Source: Chlorobiota bacterium (GTDB lineage: Bacteria; Bacteroidota; Bacteroidia; Bacteroidales; F082). From it: DNA of 64,000 nucleotides. Under the pieces are notes generated by a model. It did no database searches. It was not told where the DNA came from and saw only the letters and a program-made list of their open reading frames with translations. The position numbers and the translations under genes were made by a program. The DNA lies in assembly GCA_013151215.1 (NCBI GenBank), contig JAADIS010000129.1, positions 571 to 64,570 of the forward strand. The letters run 5' to 3'. Shown in pieces: positions 1 to 7,628 of this stretch (the first letter of the stretch is position 1; each line of letters starts with the position of its first letter).

Positions 1-584
1 AGTTTTCCTGAAAAGTCCTTTAAGCTACATCTCGACAAATGTTTTTTATTTGAGTTGGTGCAAATTTCAACATAAACGTGTTCGGCTTTTACATAGGTGA
101 TATCGGTGAACTTTACTTTATGAAATAAATGGTTGTTTTTAATAAAAAAAGCATCTTTAATAATAACATCATTATTGTTTGCTACCGCTGATTTTGTAAA
201 GACTGAATTAGTTGAATAATTATATAATGCCGTTTCGATGGACGTGTATAAATCGTCTTTATTAAAGGGTTTTACCAAATATGCAGGAGGGTTTACTTTT
301 TTAGCACGCTCAACTGTTGCCGGATCTGCATTTGAAGTAAGAAAAATATATGGTAATTGGTAATCTTCCTTTATTTTCCAAGCCAAGTCGATACCATCTT
401 TGCTTCCGGCAAGTTGAATATCAAGAATGGCTAAATCAGGTTTGTGCTTTTCAATTGCCTCTATTGCCTCGCTATAATTAATTACCGGTTCCAGGGTTTC
501 ATATCCCAATTCAGAAAGTATATCGCAAATATCATCGGCAATAATAATTTCATCTTCTACAACAAGTATTTTAACCTTATCCAT
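1..584 (-). CDS. LytTR-family response regulator (start inside window, 3' end runs off the window edge)
   Basis: Absent from the ORF track because no stop lies in the window. Reverse-strand translation from ATG 584..582 gives MDKVKILVVEDEIIIADDICDILSELGYETLEPVINYSEAIEAIEKHKPDLAILDIQLAGSKDGIDLAWKIKEDYQLPYIFLTSNADPATVERAKKVNPPAYLVKPFNKDDL, a CheY-like receiver. This is followed by VIIKDAFFIKNNHLFHKVKFTDITYVKAEHVYVEICT, a LytTR-like DNA-binding pattern. The start overlaps the kinase stop as TAATG. Confidence 0.85.
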   Translation of the reverse strand, partial: MDKVKILVVEDEIIIADDICDILSELGYETLEPVINYSEAIEAIEKHKPDLAILDIQLAGSKDGIDLAWKIKEDYQLPYIFLTSNADPATVERAKKVNPPAYLVKPFNKDDLYTSIETALYNYSTNSVFTKSAVANNNDVIIKDAFFIKNNHLFHKVKFTDITYVKAEHVYVEICTNSNKKHLSRCSLKDFSGK

Positions 585-2734
585 TATGCAATTTCTTTTC
601 TGCCAAAAGTATCCTTAAAAGTAATGATAAATACTGAACCGTTTTTATACTCATAGCTTGACGCCCCGTTTAATTGTCGGCTAAGTCTTCTTACCAAGCG
701 CAATCCGATGCTCGATGTTTTCGAAAGGTCGAAATCTAACGGCAAACCAGGGCCGTTATCTTTCACTATTAATCTGTAATCATGTCCCTCACGCTTTAAA
801 CTGATTAGGATGCTTCCTTCTGTGTTTTTAAAGGCGTACTTATATGCATTTGTTATCAACTCGCTTAAGATTAACCCTATAGGCACAGCAGTATCAATGT
901 CCAATTCGATGTCAGTTGCTACAACCTCACGTTTTACATTATCTAATTCAGGGTAAAGTCCGGCTAATTGATTAAGTAGTTGAGCAGCATAGTTCATAAA
1001 ATTAATGCCTGATATATTGTCGCCCTGATAAAGTGTTTGATGAATCAATGCCATTGCCTTTACCCGGCTTTGTCCGTCCAACATTACTGAAAGCATCGAT
1101 TCATCTTCAATGTTTTTAACTTGGAGATTCAGCAAACTATTAATAATTTGAAGATTGTTCTTTACACGGTGATGTATTTCCTTAAGCAATACTTCCTTTT
1201 CTTCCTTTTGCTTAGATATAATTTTGTTTTGTGTTGCTAACTTAGTGTTTGCATTTTTTGTTTGCCTATAAAACTTGTAGATAATAATAATAAAAACTAG
1301 CACTAATAAGAATCCGCCAATTAGGAAATAGATAATTATCATTTGTTTTTTTTGTTGTAGGTCATTTTTAGTGAGTTTTGCAAATATTAATTCCTTTTCC
1401 CCGTTTAATACTTGTATTTCAAGTTCTTTTTTTTCGGTTTCGTATTTTGTTTGTAATTCAGTAATTGTTTTTTGTTTTTGCTCAGAAAACAACGAGTCTT
1501 TAGAAACTATATATTTTTCGGCATATTCAAGAGCAAGTTTATTATCCCCATTTTTTAAAAATACTTTATATAGTTTACCATAACTTTCGGTTTCCATTAT
1601 AAATGATCCTGACTCCAGGGCAATTTCATTCATTTTTTTTGCATAAGCTATAGTTTCATCAAGTAGTTTTGGTTTATTTACATTTGTTGAATCCATCAAA
1701 CCCAGATTGAGTTCAATAATGTTTGAATAAATCGCAAACAAAAGTTTCCTGCTCCCGTCTTCTGGAAGTATATCAATTGCCTTATGATAATATGATGAAG
1801 CGTCTGGGATTTTTTTCTGTGCAGAGCTTATGTTGCCCATAACCATAAAGTATCTGGAAATCGACTCATAATCATTTATTTCCCGGTATATCAAATAAGC
1901 CTTGTTAAAATAATACTCTGCACTATCGAGGTTAAAATCAAAATAATCGTCTCCGATATTTTTAAGTGTTAAGGCAATATAACGTTTTTCATTGCTTTCC
2001 TGAAAAATGGCTAGCGCCTTGAAATGATGTTCAAGACTTTTTTCAAAATTCCCGTTTTTATGATAATTTAAGCCAATATTCAGATGGGTATAACCAACAG
2101 ATTTATCACCAATCTTCTCACTTAGTTTGAGCGACTTAAAATTATAGTTGTTTGCTTTATCATATAATCCACAATAGTTATACATTAATCCCAGGTTGTT
2201 ATAAATACCTGCTAAACGCTTCTCGTGATTCAGTCGCAAAGCAATTTCTTCGGATTCTCTAAAATATTCAATTGCTTTAGGGAAATCCTCAAAAGTCGCG
2301 TAAAAATAACCCAGGTTATAATAACTGTTCATCATGCCGGTACTATCATTTGCCTCAATGTATAATTCCAAGCCTTCGGATAAAAACTTGATGGCATCTC
2401 TAGAATACTGTACATACATATATGCAAAGCCAATATTTGTAAGTGCCTTTGCTTTTTTTGAAGTCCAGTTATTTTTGTCAGCAATTTCAATACTTTTATT
2501 ATAAAATACCATTGCTGAATCAAAATCGATTGACTCCCATTGATAGCCTAGGTTTACATATACAGTATAAATTGTTGAATCATTTGCGGATTGATTCAAC
2601 ACATTGTTTAATGAATCAATTTTAGTTGGATTAGCATGAATTAACGGGTGGCTTATCATCAATAAAAACATCATTATTGTTGTTATCCTGATTATGAATT
2701 GTTTTGTGGCCTGAATTAAAATTCTAGTTCCCAT
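584..2734 (-). CDS. TPR-repeat sensor histidine kinase (HisKA_2 + HATPase_c)
   Basis: 716-aa ORF. It has an N-terminal hydrophobic segment, a long TPR-like array (YNLGYFYATFEDFPKAIEYF, YNNLGLMYNYCGLYDKA and others), a coiled coil and a TM segment IIIYFLIGGFLLVLVFIIIIY. It then has the H-box EIHHRVKNNLQIINSLLNLQ and ATPase motifs ELITNAYKYAF and DNGPGLP. It is translationally coupled to the downstream response regulator. Confidence 0.85.
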   Translation of the reverse strand: MGTRILIQATKQFIIRITTIMMFLLMISHPLIHANPTKIDSLNNVLNQSANDSTIYTVYVNLGYQWESIDFDSAMVFYNKSIEIADKNNWTSKKAKALTNIGFAYMYVQYSRDAIKFLSEGLELYIEANDSTGMMNSYYNLGYFYATFEDFPKAIEYFRESEEIALRLNHEKRLAGIYNNLGLMYNYCGLYDKANNYNFKSLKLSEKIGDKSVGYTHLNIGLNYHKNGNFEKSLEHHFKALAIFQESNEKRYIALTLKNIGDDYFDFNLDSAEYYFNKAYLIYREINDYESISRYFMVMGNISSAQKKIPDASSYYHKAIDILPEDGSRKLLFAIYSNIIELNLGLMDSTNVNKPKLLDETIAYAKKMNEIALESGSFIMETESYGKLYKVFLKNGDNKLALEYAEKYIVSKDSLFSEQKQKTITELQTKYETEKKELEIQVLNGEKELIFAKLTKNDLQQKKQMIIIYFLIGGFLLVLVFIIIIYKFYRQTKNANTKLATQNKIISKQKEEKEVLLKEIHHRVKNNLQIINSLLNLQVKNIEDESMLSVMLDGQSRVKAMALIHQTLYQGDNISGINFMNYAAQLLNQLAGLYPELDNVKREVVATDIELDIDTAVPIGLILSELITNAYKYAFKNTEGSILISLKREGHDYRLIVKDNGPGLPLDFDLSKTSSIGLRLVRRLSRQLNGASSYEYKNGSVFIITFKDTFGRKEIA

Positions 2735-3180
2735 TAACTAATCTTCTTTATTTCTAGTAATTACTCTTATTTTAAGGATCGACATACAGCATATATTTTC
2801 AAACCATTATAACTACCCAATAATATTTTGTTTCTCTTTTTTCTAGTCCAAAGTTACACTTTCCAAAAAAAATTGATAATAATATCACCAACAGCAAATA
2901 TAGCAATAATAAAAGATGAAAATTACCTCTCAGGATTCTTTGTAAGGTAGTTGTTTTAGGTTAACCTTAAAAAATGCCGAAACGCTTATTTATCCAGCCG
3001 GGGATTAAAAATCCAAGACCGTTGCATGGCAAACAGCCGAAAAAACTTTGAAAAAAACCTTCTATATGCTTGTGTATCAAGACATAAAGTCGTATATATG
3101 CTATTAGGGACAATATAGGTTCTGCCGATAAAGCCCTAAAACCTTTGTAATATATTTATGACATAACAGTATTTTATTAT

Positions 3181-3342
3181 GCCAAATACAAGTTTTTTAT
3201 TGGCTTAAAGGAATTTAATCCCAAGCCTGTTTTTGGCCCAACACTTTTCGTTGATATTAGGAATCGAATTGGAAACAATATTTTTGATTCTTTCAATGTT
3301 GAATTGATAAAGTCAATTAACGAGCATGATGACAAAAAGTGA
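3181..3342 (+). pseudogene. Remnant of an IS-type transposase N-terminal region (DUF772-like)
   Basis: The frame starting at 3181 reads AKYKFFIGLKEFNPKPVFGPTLFVDIRNRIGNNIFDSFNVELIKSINEHDDKK*. The block YF.GL.EF...P.FDPSLFV.iRkRlG is the conserved core of the DUF772 transposase N-terminal domain (IS5/IS1182-like). There is no start codon, no catalytic domain follows, and the upstream frames are broken by stops. Confidence 0.5.
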
Positions 3343-3378
3343 AATAACCTTATTTAACTGACCGATAAGATAAAAAGG

Positions 3379-3528
3379 CAAATTAATCAGTTTGAATTGT
3401 TTTGCAAATATATTTACTAAAGTAGTCTTGCCTGTTTGCCTTGCACCTCTTTAAATTAAAGGCTTCCTGCCCTCTTTGATTGACCAGAGTTCTAAATCCT
3501 TTAAATATTTTCTATAAACATGGTGATA
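3379..3528 (-). pseudogene. Truncated AAA ATPase (AAA_14/DUF4143 family) N-terminal fragment with an in-frame stop
   Basis: The reverse strand reads YRKYLKDLELWSIKEGRKPLI*RGARQTGKTTLVNIFAKQFKLINL. The Walker A motif GARQTGKTT lies at 3447..3421 and a TAA stop at 3453..3451 sits where family members have Leu. Homology ends about 20 codons after the P-loop, next to the transposase remnant. An intact relative lies at 20378..21502. Confidence 0.6.
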
Positions 3529-3563
3529 TTCAATGTGTTGCTATGCAAAAGCAACATATTATA

Positions 3564-3613
3564 TCATAAAGTCCAACATAAATAGGCAATATCTTGTCAT
3601 AAAGTATAACATA
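3564..3613. repeat. Imperfect tandem repeat with a 17-nt core TCATAAAGTnnAACATA present twice (3564..3580, 3597..3613)
   Basis: Direct reading gives tcataaagtccaacata and tcataaagtataacata, 33 nt apart, with weaker similarity extending 5' of each. It lies just upstream (minus sense) of the ATPase pseudogene. Confidence 0.6.
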
Positions 3614-3691
3614 TGTGGATAAAATATTATTATATTCATTAAAAACCCACTTGTTTTCCTTATTATACGATTTATTATCCTATGCTTTTAT

Positions 3692-3699
3692 TATTTTTG
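3692..3699 (+). promoter_or_regulatory. Bacteroidota -7 promoter box (TAnnTTTG) for udk
   Basis: tatttttg lies 16 nt upstream of the udk ATG. Confidence 0.35.
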
Positions 3700-3714
3700 C
3701 ATTAAACTAACTTT

Positions 3715-4323
3715 ATGTTAATAATTGGAATTGCCGGCGGCAGCGGCTCGGGAAAAACCACTGTCGTAAATAAAATTGTAGAGGCCTTGCCCGACGATGT
3801 GGTAACCGTTATCCCCCAGGACGCGTATTATTACGACAACGGGCATTTGAGCAAGGAGGAAAAGCTCAAGATAAATTTCGACCACCCCAACTCCATTGAA
3901 TGGGAATTGCTGATAAAGCATCTTGATATGCTCAAAAACGGCCAGTCTATCGAAAAACCGAACTATAACTATGTCAGTTGTGCCCGCATGGACAATTACG
4001 ACACGGTAAAGCCAAACAAGGTAATTATCGTTGAAGGGATACTTGTTCTTACTAACGACCTCCTCCGAGAGCACATGGACATAAAACTGTTCGTTTCAAC
4101 CGATAGCGACGACCGCTTGATGCGCATAATTCAAAGGGACACTATCTCGCGCGGACGCTCGATCGACGACGTTCTGACGCATTACAGCAAATATGTAAAG
4201 CTTATGCACGAACAGTTCATCGAACCCACAAAACGATTTGCCGATGTTATAATCCCTCAAGGAGGAAAAAACAGGGTTGCTATAGAAATGGTGGTGTCGC
4301 GAATAAAAATGCAATTGCCTTAG
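3715..4323 (+). CDS. udk: Uridine kinase
   Basis: 202 aa. It has the N-terminal P-loop IGIAGGSGSGKTT, then NFDHPNSIEWELL and VIIVEGILVL, which are typical Udk blocks. Confidence 0.93.
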   Translation: MLIIGIAGGSGSGKTTVVNKIVEALPDDVVTVIPQDAYYYDNGHLSKEEKLKINFDHPNSIEWELLIKHLDMLKNGQSIEKPNYNYVSCARMDNYDTVKPNKVIIVEGILVLTNDLLREHMDIKLFVSTDSDDRLMRIIQRDTISRGRSIDDVLTHYSKYVKLMHEQFIEPTKRFADVIIPQGGKNRVAIEMVVSRIKMQLP

Positions 4324-4329
4324 CCAACG

Positions 4330-4521
4330 ATGAACAACAAAATTAAAAACCCCTGCATACATGTTTGTACCAAAGACGAGAACGGAATATGCCTGGGGTG
4401 TTTCAGAAGCATAGAAGAAATAAGGCTTTGGTATAATTCCTCCGATGACGAAAAACTGAAAATAATAGCAAAAGCCGATAAAAGGCTTGTCGAATTCGAT
4501 AAAAAACTTCCCTATATATGA
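4330..4521 (+). CDS. DUF1289-family small Cys-rich protein
   Basis: 63 aa. NPCIHVCTKDENGICLGCFRSIEEIRLWYNSSDDEK matches the DUF1289 pattern (PC.gvC...e.g.C.GC.Rt.eEi..W). It starts 7 nt after the udk stop. Confidence 0.75.
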   Translation: MNNKIKNPCIHVCTKDENGICLGCFRSIEEIRLWYNSSDDEKLKIIAKADKRLVEFDKKLPYI

Positions 4522-4533
4522 TTTTTTCGTATC

Positions 4534-4568
4534 TTTACTCTACGAAAAAGCAAATTTACTCTACGAAA
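4534..4568. repeat. 14-nt direct repeat tttactctacgaaa present twice (4534..4547, 4555..4568); the first copy lies inside an A/U-rich hairpin (4523..4549)
   Basis: Direct reading gives tttttcgta-tctttactc-tacgaaaaa (9-bp stem) immediately after the DUF1289 stop. The 14-mer is repeated 21 nt downstream. Confidence 0.5.
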
Positions 4569-4683
4569 TTACAAGCATTTTAACTGTATTATTTCTTTTT
4601 ACAACTATAAATGATTCTATAACAGACACTTAAACTATTTGGTCTGAGAATTGTTAACAGGAAGTTTCATTAAAATCAATATT

Positions 4684-5004
4684 ATGATCCTCTTTATTGT
4701 CGCTGTTTATCTCATAGTTACTTTCTTGCTTACGGTTATAGGCATCGAAAAGCACAGCGAAGGATTAAAAATCTTCATAATTAGTTTTCTTTTAACCCCT
4801 CTCGCCGGGTTAATTTTCATGCTGAGGCAAAGGAGAAGGGCTTCGAGAATAAGTTATTTCTATTGCAATGAATGTGATTATATTTTCCCTGTTAAAATGT
4901 CGCATTGCCCAATTTGTGCCGAACAGCATAAAAAAATAAGGCTAACAAGATATGTCAGCCCCAACGATGTAACAAAGAATATTAAAAACTTAAGGTTGGC
5001 ATAA
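4684..5004 (+). CDS. Small membrane protein with a C-terminal zinc-ribbon-like CxxC..CxxC motif
   Basis: The ORF 4651..5004 opens on TTG, and the first ATG is at 4684 (MILFIVAVYLIVTFLL). It has two hydrophobic helices followed by YCNECDYIFPVKMSHCPICAEQH. A strong terminator follows. No family was recognised. Confidence 0.5.
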   Translation: MILFIVAVYLIVTFLLTVIGIEKHSEGLKIFIISFLLTPLAGLIFMLRQRRRASRISYFYCNECDYIFPVKMSHCPICAEQHKKIRLTRYVSPNDVTKNIKNLRLA

Positions 5005-5014
5005 GCAAAGAAGA

Positions 5015-5048
5015 GCCGTCTCGCCTTTTGCGAGACGGCATTTTTTTT
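5015..5048 (+). terminator. Rho-independent terminator
   Basis: 9-bp GC-rich stem gccgtctcg/cgagacggc with a 7-nt loop, followed by T8 (5041..5048). It lies between convergent genes. Confidence 0.85.
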
Positions 5049-5053
5049 GATCG

Positions 5054-5392
5054 CTATTCCATTTCCTTCCTTTCGGCTTTCTCGATAAAGTGGTCTATTA
5101 CCAGGCCCAATCCCCCAAACAGGAATATCATCGAAAAATAAGCAGATTCCTCGTTCATTAAGCTAATATGATATAAAATGCTGCCAAGCAATACGCCCAC
5201 GGCTACACCTATGCACAATAGGCCGATTTTCAACGCTAAAAACGACTGGTTTTTTTGAGGGCTCATAAAAAAGGATGCGTCAACACCTTTTTCCAGCAAG
5301 GCCATCCTTTCTTTTTTCCTGACAAACAAATGGATAACGGCGTAGGTAAAACCAAATATTATTCCTGTGATGAAAATAGGTTCCAATTCCAT
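5054..5392 (-). CDS. Small integral membrane protein (three predicted helices), family not recognised
   Basis: 112 aa with hydrophobic stretches IFITGIIFGFTYAVIHLFV, LALKIGLLCIGVAVGVLLGSILY and FSMIFLFGGLGLVIDHF. Confidence 0.5.
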   Translation of the reverse strand: MELEPIFITGIIFGFTYAVIHLFVRKKERMALLEKGVDASFFMSPQKNQSFLALKIGLLCIGVAVGVLLGSILYHISLMNEESAYFSMIFLFGGLGLVIDHFIEKAERKEME

Positions 5393-5446
5393 GGTTCAAT
5401 TTTTTATGTTTATAATTTTGACTTTTTGACGCAACATTCTGGGGCA

Positions 5447-5474
5447 GGTTACAAATTCTGAAAAATTTGTTACC
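5447..5474. promoter_or_regulatory. Inverted repeat GGTTACAAATT-N6-AATTTGTTACC in the divergent promoter region upstream of the beta-eliminating lyase gene
   Basis: 11-nt arms with 10/11 complementary positions and a 6-nt spacer. It lies about 90 nt upstream of the candidate -7 box. Confidence 0.35.
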
Positions 5475-5563
5475 TTTGGCATCTATTATTCAGAATTATT
5501 TAAAATGTGCAGTATTCTAACAGTTACACGAAAAATGACTTATCGCACAATTAAAAAACGCGA

Positions 5564-5571
5564 TAGTTTTG
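5564..5571 (+). promoter_or_regulatory. Bacteroidota -7 promoter box (TAnnTTTG)
   Basis: tagttttg lies 70 nt upstream of the ATG at 5642. A 7-bp hairpin gtcttca-ttcc-tgaagac (5585..5602) lies in the predicted leader. Confidence 0.3.
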
Positions 5572-5641
5572 CATAATTCCTTGGTCTTCATTCCTGAAGA
5601 CAGTTATTAATTTAATTTTCATAAACTTTAATTTTAATATA

Positions 5642-7018
5642 ATGGAATTACCATTTGCGGAATCATATAAAATAAAAATGGTGGAGTCGATAAAAAGAAG
5701 CACCCGCCAGGATAGAAAAAAATGGATAGAAGAGGCTGATTATAACCTCTTTAATATAAAGAGCGACAGGGTGTTTATAGATTTGTTGACCGACTCCGGC
5801 ACGGGTGCCATGAGCGATAAACAATGGTCGGAGATGATGCTGGGCGACGAAAGCTATGCCGGGGCATCCTCTTTTTTCAAATTAAAGGATGCCATAAAGG
5901 ACATTACCGGTTTCGATTATTTCCTTCCCACCCATCAAGGAAGGGCTGCCGAAAACGTATTGTTTTCCTCAAAGATAAAAGAGGGGGATATTATTCCCGG
6001 AAACTCCCATTTCGACACTACAAAAGGTCATATAGAATATCGCAAGGCCCATGCCATCGACTGCACCATCGACGAGGCTTTCATCACTACCCTGGATCAT
6101 CCATTCAAGGGCAATGTTGATTTAAACAAGCTTGAGGATGTTCTTAAAAGCCACCCCAAAGAAAAAATCCCGCTCATTATTCTCACTATTACCTGCAACT
6201 CATCCGGAGGCCAGCCCGTTTCGATGGAAAATATGCGCGCCCTTAAGGAAATGGCCGACAAATATGGTATTCAGGTTTTTTTCGATTCGGCACGCTTTGC
6301 CGAAAACGCCTATTTCATCAAGATGCGCGAGGAAGCATATAAGGATATGAGCATCAGGGAAATAGTCAGGGAGATGTTCTCCTATGCCGACGGCATGACG
6401 ATGAGCTCGAAAAAAGACGCCATTGTTAATATGGGGGGATTTATCGGCTTCCGCCACGAGGAAGATTACGACAAAGCCAGCGTGTTTAATATTCTTTTTG
6501 AAGGATATCTATCTTACGGAGGAATGTCGGGACGCGACATGAACGCCCTGGCACAAGGACTTTACGACGGAACTGAGTTCGATTATCTTGACACGAGAAT
6601 AAAACAGGTGGCTTATCTGGGCAAAAAACTTAAGGATTATGGTATTCCTATACAGTACCCTTATGGCGGCCATGCAATATTTATAGATGCCAGGAAGTTT
6701 TTGCCTAAGGTCCCCAAGGAACAATATATAGCTCAAACACTTGGCATCGAAATATATATAGAAGGTGGTGTTAGAGGTGTTGAAATAGGGACTCTTCTTG
6801 CCGACCGGGATCCCGAAACGGGCGAAAATCGTTATCCCGATCTCGAACTATTGCGCTTGGCGATACCGCGAAGGGTTTATACTAATAATCACATGGATTA
6901 TATCGCAGCCGCGATAATCAATGTTTACGACAGGCGCGACCAAATAAAAACCGGATTTGAAATTGTTAAGGAAGCACCTATTTTAAGGCATTTTACCGTT
7001 AAGCTGAAAAAGATTTAA
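5642..7018 (+). CDS. PLP-dependent beta-eliminating lyase: tryptophanase or tyrosine phenol-lyase
   Basis: 458 aa. FIDLLTDSGTGAMSDKQWSEMMLGDESYAGASSF, PTHQGRAAENVLF and the PLP-lysine block MSSKKDAIVNMGGF match the TnaA/TPL family. Substrate specificity cannot be decided by eye. Confidence 0.9.
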   Translation: MELPFAESYKIKMVESIKRSTRQDRKKWIEEADYNLFNIKSDRVFIDLLTDSGTGAMSDKQWSEMMLGDESYAGASSFFKLKDAIKDITGFDYFLPTHQGRAAENVLFSSKIKEGDIIPGNSHFDTTKGHIEYRKAHAIDCTIDEAFITTLDHPFKGNVDLNKLEDVLKSHPKEKIPLIILTITCNSSGGQPVSMENMRALKEMADKYGIQVFFDSARFAENAYFIKMREEAYKDMSIREIVREMFSYADGMTMSSKKDAIVNMGGFIGFRHEEDYDKASVFNILFEGYLSYGGMSGRDMNALAQGLYDGTEFDYLDTRIKQVAYLGKKLKDYGIPIQYPYGGHAIFIDARKFLPKVPKEQYIAQTLGIEIYIEGGVRGVEIGTLLADRDPETGENRYPDLELLRLAIPRRVYTNNHMDYIAAAIINVYDRRDQIKTGFEIVKEAPILRHFTVKLKKI

Positions 7019-7070
7019 ACCAATCAAATATCATTTTTTTCATTTATCTTTACCTGAAAAATTTATTGTC

Positions 7071-7628
7071 ATGTCATCACAAACTTTAAACAATTGGATG
7101 GTATTAACCTTTAACGGCATAATTGCAATTTTATATGGCCTCATGGCCATGTTCGTTCCCCAAACAACATTATTGACTATCGTGATGTATTTCGGGATAG
7201 TCATGCTGATAATCGGCCTGGCGATGCTTTTCGGGGTGGTAAACAACATGAAGAACAAAATGCCCTATGCCGCTGACATGGCAATTTCGATAATTACGAT
7301 AATTATTGGTGCGCTATTAACTTTTTATACTCAAAAATCACTCGGGATATTTGTTGTGGTTATAGGAAGCTGGGCCATTTTGCTAGGTGCGCTGCAATTA
7401 TACCTGCTAGTGAAGCACCACTATGGCAAAGGCACTAAGAACACATTGCTCGTAAATGGGATTATAACGTTGGTTTTTGGTATAATACTGTTCTTCAACC
7501 CTTTTCAGTCGGCTGCGGTTTTGGTAACCATTAGTGGGATACTGGCATTTATATTCGGCGTGATACTAATTTCCATATCTATAAAGGTCAAGAACCTTGA
7601 TCTTCCTGGTCGGGACTTGGGAATTTAA
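7071..7628 (+). CDS. HdeD/DUF308-family membrane protein
   Basis: 185 aa with six hydrophobic helices and the repeated G(I/L)L.L..G pattern. The N-terminus WMVLTFNGIIAILYGLMAMFVP is typical of HdeD-like proteins. Confidence 0.7.
   Translation: MSSQTLNNWMVLTFNGIIAILYGLMAMFVPQTTLLTIVMYFGIVMLIIGLAMLFGVVNNMKNKMPYAADMAISIITIIIGALLTFYTQKSLGIFVVVIGSWAILLGALQLYLLVKHHYGKGTKNTLLVNGIITLVFGIILFFNPFQSAAVLVTISGILAFIFGVILISISIKVKNLDLPGRDLGI

Noticed and set aside
444-656. 70-aa plus-strand ORF spanning the kinase/regulator junction, and the 60233..60430 minus-strand ORF in the gcvP promoter region.
   Set aside because: These are antisense or promoter-region ORFs with an AT-driven Ile/Asn/Phe/Lys composition and no motifs.
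3614-3622. Exact DnaA box TGTGGATAA (TTATCCACA on the minus strand) in the 980-bp non-coding region.
   Set aside because: It is a single isolated copy, and roughly one chance occurrence of a given 9-mer is expected per window of this size.
7588-7628. 41-nt overlap of the convergent 3' ends of the HdeD-like gene and recJ.
   Set aside because: Both ORFs have good family motifs up to their ends. Convergent 3' overlaps occur naturally, and nothing suggests a frameshift or assembly error.
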